Source: Cryomorphaceae bacterium
Lineage (GTDB): Bacteria > Bacteroidota > Bacteroidia > Flavobacteriales_D > Crocinitomicaceae
Direction of reading: 5' to 3'
Assembly (NCBI GenBank): GCA_027483605.1
Contig: JAIXUE010000038.1
Coordinates: forward strand, 1,479-65,478
Length of the DNA stretch: 64,000 bases
The translations under genes were made by a program, and so were the position numbers. The notes beneath the pieces are model-generated. The model saw only the letters and a program-made list of their open reading frames with translations. It did not search any database and was not told the origin of the DNA. Positions 51,818 to 57,435 of the stretch are shown here, in pieces. Positions within the stretch are counted from its first letter, which is position 1. The number at the start of each line of letters is the position of its first letter.

Positions 51818-52366
51818 ATGAAAACAACCTTCGACGCCGAAACCGTCCTGACCGAACTCATGATACCAAGTTATGCCAATTTTGGTGGCAAGGTACACGG
51901 TGGTATTTTACTTTCCTTAATGGACAAGGTCGCTTACGTTACTGCCGCTAAGCACTGCAGTGGCTATGTTGTGACCGTTTCAGTCGAAGGGGTAGAATTT
52001 CTGAGTCCAATTGAAGTAGGTGACCTCGTTAGCCTAAAAGCGCGGGTTAACTATGTTGGCAAAACCTCTATGATCGTCGGAATCAGGGTAGAAGCCCTTA
52101 ATCCAAAAACAGGTGTGGTCAGGCACACCAATTCTTGTTATTTCACGATGGTAGCCAAAGACGAGCACGGCAAACCAACAGAAGTACCTGGCCTACTGCT
52201 TACAGATGAAGAAAGCCTTAGACGCTTCGCCGAAGGAAAGGCCCTAAAAAGCCTCGCTAAGCAAAAACATCAGTTGTTAAAAGAAGAGTTTCATCAGATG
52301 CCGCTTTCTGAAATTAAGAAAAGTATTGAAGGGGAGCGGGTAGATATTCAGATAATCGGATTATAA
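51818..52366 (+). CDS. acyl-CoA thioesterase (hotdog fold)
   Basis: NFGGKVHGGILLSLMDKVAYVTAAKH...VTVSVEGVEFLSPIEVGD. The track ORF starts at 51764. Confidence 0.85.
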   Translation: MKTTFDAETVLTELMIPSYANFGGKVHGGILLSLMDKVAYVTAAKHCSGYVVTVSVEGVEFLSPIEVGDLVSLKARVNYVGKTSMIVGIRVEALNPKTGVVRHTNSCYFTMVAKDEHGKPTEVPGLLLTDEESLRRFAEGKALKSLAKQKHQLLKEEFHQMPLSEIKKSIEGERVDIQIIGL

Positions 52367-52421
52367 GCCAGGTCAACAAAGGCGATTCCGATTAATACAC
52401 CTTTATTCGTGAATATAAATC

Positions 52422-52457
52422 AAAAAAGCCCCAATAACTTGAGGCTTTAAAGGAGTG
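52422..52457 (+). repeat. left copy of the 36-bp direct repeat (hairpin terminator-like)
   Basis: aaaaaagccccaataacttgaggctttaaaggagtg, identical to 54598-54633 except for one A/T difference. Confidence 0.85.
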
Positions 52458-52460
52458 TGT

Positions 52461-52496
52461 GAAAGGTTGGAAATATCGAACTTGTTGAGGGAGGAT
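52461..52496 (+). repeat. conserved 36-nt box, copy 1
   Basis: gaaaggttggaaatatcgaacttgttgagggaggat, 34/36 identical to 53718-53753, at the same distance from its hairpin. Confidence 0.8.
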
Positions 52497-52528
52497 GTGG
52501 AGGCTATCAAAACAATGCGCTTAGATAA

Positions 52529-53593
52529 TTAGAAGTATGTCTTCACGGCAAATTCAAATTGTTCGACAAAAATTATTTTGAATGGAGTGATGTTGTTTTG
52601 CTCATAAAATACGAGCATGGCTTTTTTATACTCGATTGAATCGATGGTTCTAAAAGAGATTGGGCAAAATCCTTCATTCATTAAAATGGCATTACTTATG
52701 ATTCTAGCCGTGCGTTTATTTCCGTCTTCAAAAGGTTGAATATATGAAATCAATACTAGTGACAATAGTGCTTTTTCGAAAACATTTGTTTTACTGTTAA
52801 TTAAATTACACATCGCTTGTAATGCTTCTCTAATTTGAAATTCGTTGTCTAATGGTTTGTAATTTGTTCCTGAAATACCAACCCTTCGCTTTCGAATATT
52901 CCTTCCGACTTTTAATTCATTCATTAGAATGCTATGGAGATCTTCTATTCGTGAAGTAGTCAAGGGATTGACATAATCTTTATGAGATAAAATAAAGTCT
53001 AATGCTTCTTTATGATTGAGCAACATGGTGGCTTCATCCTTTGTTTTACCTGCGGCAGTTTGTTTTTCCCGAAGTAATAGCTCTGTTTCCAGTAAAGAAT
53101 AGGTATTTCCTTCTATTTGAGATGATTTCCAACTCAGGTCAATGGCTAGTCGTTCAAATTCACGATTGAACTCATCTTCTGTTAAGTTGGAAGTGTTTTG
53201 TTTGAAAACAGACTGTAAATTATTCAATCGCTCAAGTTCCCCCTCCGAAAACAATTGTGTCGAATTTAATACTTCATCGATTAAAATCAGGTTAAAGTCA
53301 GAACGAATTTGTCGTTCATCGATTTCTTTCAGAAAGTATGTTTCTAAATTGATGGGCGCGATGATGGAATAGCTTGGGGAAAGACAATATTTTGTGCTTT
53401 TTCCATTTCCAATGATTTGAATGTATCCCTCCGATATTAATGATTGCAACGTTCGTTTAACAGTCGCATAAGCTGCAAACTGCTTTACCGCATCATGAAT
53501 TTCCTTGGAAGATACGCGTTCTTCATACTTAAGGTATTCGATAATGAGTTGACGAAGATCGGTAGAGTGAGACATTTTAACTTTTAAGCTCAT
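52529..53593 (-). CDS. Fic family protein with N-terminal winged-HTH; non-canonical motif QPFEDGNKRTAR (catalytic His replaced by Gln)
   Basis: 354 aa. The wHTH region reads SSKEIHDAVKQFAAYATVKRTLQSLISEGYI. Inhibitory-helix-type motif SSQIEGN. Fic core YIQPFEDGNKRTARI, with codon CAA at 52736-52738. Confidence 0.85.
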   Translation of the reverse strand: MSLKVKMSHSTDLRQLIIEYLKYEERVSSKEIHDAVKQFAAYATVKRTLQSLISEGYIQIIGNGKSTKYCLSPSYSIIAPINLETYFLKEIDERQIRSDFNLILIDEVLNSTQLFSEGELERLNNLQSVFKQNTSNLTEDEFNREFERLAIDLSWKSSQIEGNTYSLLETELLLREKQTAAGKTKDEATMLLNHKEALDFILSHKDYVNPLTTSRIEDLHSILMNELKVGRNIRKRRVGISGTNYKPLDNEFQIREALQAMCNLINSKTNVFEKALLSLVLISYIQPFEDGNKRTARIISNAILMNEGFCPISFRTIDSIEYKKAMLVFYEQNNITPFKIIFVEQFEFAVKTYF

Positions 53594-53678
53594 AAATATA
53601 CGAAATAAAGCTCAAAAAAGCAATTAAATGAGCTCTAATGACCTTGTTGATGAGCTTAAAAAGACAAAATGTAAAAAG

Positions 53679-53703
53679 AAAAGCCCCTTTAAAAGGGGCT
53701 TTT
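53679..53703. terminator. strong palindromic hairpin (module border / bidirectional terminator-like)
   Basis: aaaagcccc-tttaaaa-ggggctttt has a 9-bp GC-containing stem flanked by A and T runs. It is related to the hairpin part of the 36-bp repeat. Confidence 0.6.
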
Positions 53704-53717
53704 GAGTTGATGTGGGC

Positions 53718-53753
53718 GAAAGGTCTGAAATATCGAACTTGTTGAGGGAGGAT
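53718..53753 (+). repeat. conserved 36-nt box, copy 2
   Basis: gaaaggtctgaaatatcgaacttgttgagggaggat. Confidence 0.8.
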
Positions 53754-53855
53754 TTGAGTGATGTTAAAAGTTTAATTGATGAGCTTATCATGATTTCAAA
53801 AGAGTAAAAGAATCAAAGTTCCTATATATTAAATCAATTCAAAAGAATCTTACCT

Positions 53856-54443
53856 TTGAGTGTGGATATTAAAAAACTATATATCATTGGTGGATGCAAT
53901 GGAGCAGGAAAAACAACTGCTTCGTTTAATATCCTTCCTGAATTACTCAATTGCAAAGAGTTTGTGAATGCAGACGAAATTGCTCGAGGATTATCTCCAT
54001 TTCAACCCGAAAAAGTTTCCATTGATGCGGGAAGACTCATGCTGACCCGAATTGATGAATTAATTCAATCGAACCAAGATTTTTCATTTGAGACAACATT
54101 GTCAACAAGGTCTTTTGTCAAAACTATTCAAATAGCAAAGGCAAATGGTTATTTTGTGACGCTGATTTTCTTCTGGCTCGATTCAATTGATTTAGCCAAA
54201 GACCGAGTGCAAAGAAGAGTTGCAGAAGGAGGTCACAACATTGAACCAGCAGTTATCGAGAGAAGATACGTGTCGGGTATCAAAAATTTATTTAATTTGT
54301 ATTCCGAAGAGGTTGATTCAATTTTAATCTACGATAACTCTTCACTTAATCCGGAACTGATTGCTGAGAAAGAGATGCAACAGCATTTCAAGATTATTCA
54401 AAACGAAAAATTCATCCAATTACAAAAAATCGCAAATGAGTAA
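53856..54443 (+). CDS. zeta-toxin-like P-loop kinase (COG4185-type)
   Basis: 195 aa with Walker A GGCNGAGKTT close to the N-terminus. NADEIA, and the length, are typical of zeta/PezT-like ATPases. TTG start in the track, with GTG at 53862 as an alternative. Confidence 0.75.
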   Translation: MSVDIKKLYIIGGCNGAGKTTASFNILPELLNCKEFVNADEIARGLSPFQPEKVSIDAGRLMLTRIDELIQSNQDFSFETTLSTRSFVKTIQIAKANGYFVTLIFFWLDSIDLAKDRVQRRVAEGGHNIEPAVIERRYVSGIKNLFNLYSEEVDSILIYDNSSLNPELIAEKEMQQHFKIIQNEKFIQLQKIANE

Positions 54444-54582
54444 CGAAGAAAAAGAATTATTGAAAGAGAAGATCAAGAAAGCTATTCAATTGTCGGCTCA
54501 AAAATTGGTTGCTTCTAAACGAGCAAATGGCCAAAGTGTGGTTGTAAGCAAAGATGGAAAAATTCAGGTGATCAAACCATAA
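54436..54582 (+). CDS. 48-aa hypothetical protein, candidate cognate partner of the zeta-like kinase
   Basis: Its ATG overlaps the last 8 nt of the kinase gene. Sequence MSNEEKELLKEKIKKAIQLSAQKLVASKRANGQSVVVSKDGKIQVIKP has a charged helix followed by a short beta segment. Confidence 0.5.
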   Translation: MSNEEKELLKEKIKKAIQLSAQKLVASKRANGQSVVVSKDGKIQVIKP

Positions 54583-54597
54583 GACTTATTTTTCACA

Positions 54598-54633
54598 AAA
54601 AAAGCCCCAATAACTTGAGGCTTTATAGGAGTG
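54598..54633 (+). repeat. right copy of the 36-bp direct repeat, abutting or overlapping the tRNA 3' end
   Basis: aaaaaagccccaataacttgaggctttataggagtg. Its last 2 nt are the last 2 nt of the tRNA. Confidence 0.85.
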
Positions 54634-54705
54634 GTCCCACACGGGCTCGAACCGTGGACCCACAGATTATGAGTCTGTTGCTCTAACCAACTGAGCTATA
54701 GGACC
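54632..54705 (-). tRNA. tRNA-Met (anticodon CAT), elongator type
   Basis: GGTCCTATAGCTCAGTTGGTTAGAGCAACAGACTCATAATCTGTGGGTCCACGGTTCGAGCCCGTGTGGGACCA folds as a 7/4/5/5 cloverleaf with T-loop TTCGAGC. It lacks the initiator features (no 3 GC pairs in the anticodon stem). I cannot exclude tRNA-Ile2 (lysidine). CCA is not encoded. Confidence 0.88.
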
Positions 54706-54763
54706 GGGTTATCAATGCAAAAGATACGATAACAATGGGCGCAAATTTAATAAAAATTTAGCG

Positions 54764-55359
54764 TTACTTGGCGCGACGAAGCGTAAATTCTGTAATTTCC
54801 GGATAAATACCCACCCGTCCTGGGAAGCCTATATAGCCAAAGCCGCGGTTGACATATAAATACTGTTTGCCTGCTTGATAAAGGCCTGCCCACTTGGGGT
54901 AAACAAAAGAAACGGGGCTCCAGCGCAGGCCAAAACGCTCGATGCCGAATTGCATGCCGTGGGTGTGTCCGGAGAGCGTGAGGTCGACGTCGGTATGGAT
55001 CACTTGTGCATCAAAGTGGCTGGGGTCGTGGTTGCCCAAAATGCAGTGTGGCGAGCGCAAAACCGATGTTTCTGGCCAATTCGAGTTGAAAGGTGAGAAA
55101 GACCAAGCCCGGAAGCAAATAAACAATTGCGGGTAGGGCTAGCGCCACAAATAGTCCGAAAATGGAAAATCCTAATTTGTAATTGCTGCGCATTTTGATA
55201 TTGCGAAAGCCCCACATGAAGAGCAGGATGCTACCTAGGGATCAAGCCTAAATGAAGGAAGCCAAAGGCGGCAAGATAAGGATTAGGGATGCTCCAAATA
55301 GCGAGTAGAAAAATCCATTCTGAAACGATCAGAAGGAGTAGAAAGAGGAGAAATAACAT
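54764..55359 (-). pseudogene. decayed YkuE-like membrane metallophosphoesterase
   Basis: The C-terminal 120 codons are intact (ILGNHDPSHFDAQV...LSGHTHGMQFG...). The N-terminal TM region lies in two other frames (55359->TAG; 55217..55011). The DxH and GD motifs are absent. Confidence 0.7.
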
Positions 55360-55392
55360 GAAATTACAACAAGGAGATCAAGGAATTGTTGC

Positions 55393-55950
55393 TTACATCC
55401 AAGAGCCACCTACGGAAATGATGTTTGGCAAGGCTAAGTATTCAGGGTAGGTTTCTTCGGTGATGCCACCAGTTGGGCAAAATTGAATGTTTGGAAACAC
55501 TTGGCCATAGGCTTTGAGTGCGCCCAAGCCACCAAATAAATTGGCCGGGAAAAACTTGAAGGTGTCCCAGCCAAACTGAATGCCTTCGATGATTTCACTT
55601 GGGGTAGCTACGCCGGGGATAAACGCAATTTTACTTTGTTCAAAAAGTGGGGCTAGGGTGGCGTTGAGGCCGGGGCTCACCATAAAATCGACACCGAGTT
55701 CAATCGCTTTTTCGATTTGTTCGGTCTTCACAACGGTGCCCATGCCAATTGCGCAGCGGTCGCCGTACAATTTTTTGGCAAGCGCAATGCAGTCATAGGC
55801 AGCAGGTGTGCGCAGCGTAATTTCGATGCAAAAGATGCCACGAGCAATCAGCGCATCCATTTTCGGAATAACTTCCTCAGTGCTATTGAAAGTAACAACT
55901 GGGATGGTAGGGTGTTGAGAAAGGACGGTACGGATGTCGTTTTGAGCCAT
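55393..55950 (-). CDS. eda: KHG/KDPG aldolase
   Basis: IEITLRTPAA, GMGTV, VSPG, PGVATPSE and KFFPA motifs. Start at MAQNDIRTV. Confidence 0.85.
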   Translation of the reverse strand: MAQNDIRTVLSQHPTIPVVTFNSTEEVIPKMDALIARGIFCIEITLRTPAAYDCIALAKKLYGDRCAIGMGTVVKTEQIEKAIELGVDFMVSPGLNATLAPLFEQSKIAFIPGVATPSEIIEGIQFGWDTFKFFPANLFGGLGALKAYGQVFPNIQFCPTGGITEETYPEYLALPNIISVGGSWM

Positions 55951-55985
55951 ATTGTCAATTTGACACAAAGGTCGTTATTTTTCGT

Positions 55986-57434
55986 TTACGAAACCACAAA
56001 CCATTGTTTTTCTTGATTGTAGGGGTCGAGTTGTTGATAAAGGCTAGCAATGCGCTCAGATACAGCACCGTCTGGGCAAAAATTCAGGATGTTGGTGCTG
56101 CGCTCTTGAAGTTGTCCTTTGGGCTGGATTTTCTCCGAAAGTTGCTCTATCTGCTTGAGCGCTTTGTCGTATTTGGCCTTGCGTGTTTTTTCAAATCTTT
56201 GCTCGAGTGCTTCGCGTTGTTTTTGAATGCGGGTCAGTTCGGCTTCGATCATTCTTTTTTCTTGAGGTAATTCTATGTCCACAATTTTCAGAAAAGCGTC
56301 TTTGTAGCCACTCCATAGTTCATCCAAATGACCATAATTGGGTTCGCGATCCCCAACTTGTTCGAGGTAGCGTTTCTTGAGCTCGGCTTTGTCAGAAAGA
56401 AAATCTTGTTTTTCAAAACCAAGTTTCTGGATGAGGTCTAAGTCTTTATCTTGCAGCAGGATGCCACCAGCGCGTTGAATGGTGAGCGGAAAGGGGAGGT
56501 CAAGGCAAGCAAAAGCTTGCGGCAGTTGTTGCCAATAAGCGATTTCACTGGGCCCGCCGACATATGCCAAATTTGGTAAAATCCACTCTTGATAAAGTGG
56601 CCTGAGCACCACATTCGGAGAAAGTTGGGCGCTGTCTTTTTGCTCAAATTGAAGTGGTTCTGTTTTGTCGATCCTTTCTCTTTTCGCCTCGGCCAACAGA
56701 AACAAATTCGTTTCCTTGCTTTCTATTGGTGTTTGTCTTTTCTTTTGTTGAAGTTCTTGGGTACTATGAAGAACGGCCTGATGAAGTTCAGACGTACGTA
56801 AATCTTTTTCCCAAATTGGCCAGGCGCTTTCTTTCAAGTGTGCGTTGTCTGCATCGATGATAACGAGCCCATAAAGGGAGAAGAGTTCATTTACAAATTC
56901 AAAAAAGCCTAAACCGTAGTTTGGGACCTTAAATTTTTCTATTAAACTATGAATCTCACTATCTGGTTGGTTTTGAAACTTTTCGGCAAGGGCTCTGAGC
57001 AAAAATTGTAAATCTTTGGTGTCAAAGCGTCCGACGGCACCTTTTTGCGCGCTTTCCCAGGTCCATTTTTGACCAAAGAGCAGGAAGCTTCTGATTTCTT
57101 CGAAATCGTGGTCTTCGGCGGCCATCCAGTAAACTGGCACAAAATGCTGCTCCGGAAATTTCTCATGTAAGTCAGCGCTTAACTTGATGACATGCAAGAT
57201 CTTGTATATAAAATACAGCGGCCCTGTCATGAGGCACAGTTGATGCCCTGTAGTGATGGTAAACGTATTGGGTTCTTGTAAAAGGCGTAAATTCCTTTTT
57301 AACTTTTCTGAAACCGCGATACCCTTGTATTTTTCTTCCAAGACTTTACTCAAGAGCGCGCGCTGCTCGGCAGAGAAACTTTGCTTTTTAAGTACAATCT
57401 GCTGGGCAAAGGAAGAAAATAGTGCGTCTGTCAT
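55986..57434 (-). CDS. bshC: bacillithiol biosynthesis cysteine-adding enzyme BshC
   Basis: TTGHQLCLMTGPLYFIYKILHVIKL motif and overall BshC-like layout. The start MTDALF at 57434 lies 1 nt after the icmF stop. The track ORF extends into icmF. Confidence 0.78.
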   Translation of the reverse strand: MTDALFSSFAQQIVLKKQSFSAEQRALLSKVLEEKYKGIAVSEKLKRNLRLLQEPNTFTITTGHQLCLMTGPLYFIYKILHVIKLSADLHEKFPEQHFVPVYWMAAEDHDFEEIRSFLLFGQKWTWESAQKGAVGRFDTKDLQFLLRALAEKFQNQPDSEIHSLIEKFKVPNYGLGFFEFVNELFSLYGLVIIDADNAHLKESAWPIWEKDLRTSELHQAVLHSTQELQQKKRQTPIESKETNLFLLAEAKRERIDKTEPLQFEQKDSAQLSPNVVLRPLYQEWILPNLAYVGGPSEIAYWQQLPQAFACLDLPFPLTIQRAGGILLQDKDLDLIQKLGFEKQDFLSDKAELKKRYLEQVGDREPNYGHLDELWSGYKDAFLKIVDIELPQEKRMIEAELTRIQKQREALEQRFEKTRKAKYDKALKQIEQLSEKIQPKGQLQERSTNILNFCPDGAVSERIASLYQQLDPYNQEKQWFVVS

Positions 57435-57435
57435 T

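Larger units (their letters stand above)
53582..53787. promoter_or_regulatory. divergent Fic/zeta control region with three copies of ATGAGCTTA
   Basis: TTTTAAGCTCAT at 53582-53593 (the Fic start, minus strand). TTGATGAGCTTAAAA at 53647-53661. TTGATGAGCTTA at 53776-53787. Confidence 0.4.
52422..54633. mobile_element. AT-rich toxin islet bounded by 36-bp direct repeats at tRNA-Met 3' end (no recombinase gene inside)
   Basis: Direct repeats at 52422-52457 and 54598-54633 are 35/36 identical. Hand-counted GC is ~32-33% inside versus ~45-48% in the flanks. The cargo is Fic, a zeta-like kinase and orf48. Confidence 0.5.

Noticed and set aside
52458-52528. The conserved 36-nt box read as a degenerate tRNA 3' half (it contains TCGAAC), or as paralogous small ORFs (GTG-CERLEISNLLREDVEAIKTMRLDN versus GTG-GERSEISNLLREDLSDVKSLIDELIMISKE).
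   Set aside because: I could not draw a T-arm or acceptor pairing. Outside the identical core, the substitutions between the two copies show no third-codon-position bias. Both peptides would need GTG starts directly after a hairpin. I kept it as a non-coding repeat.
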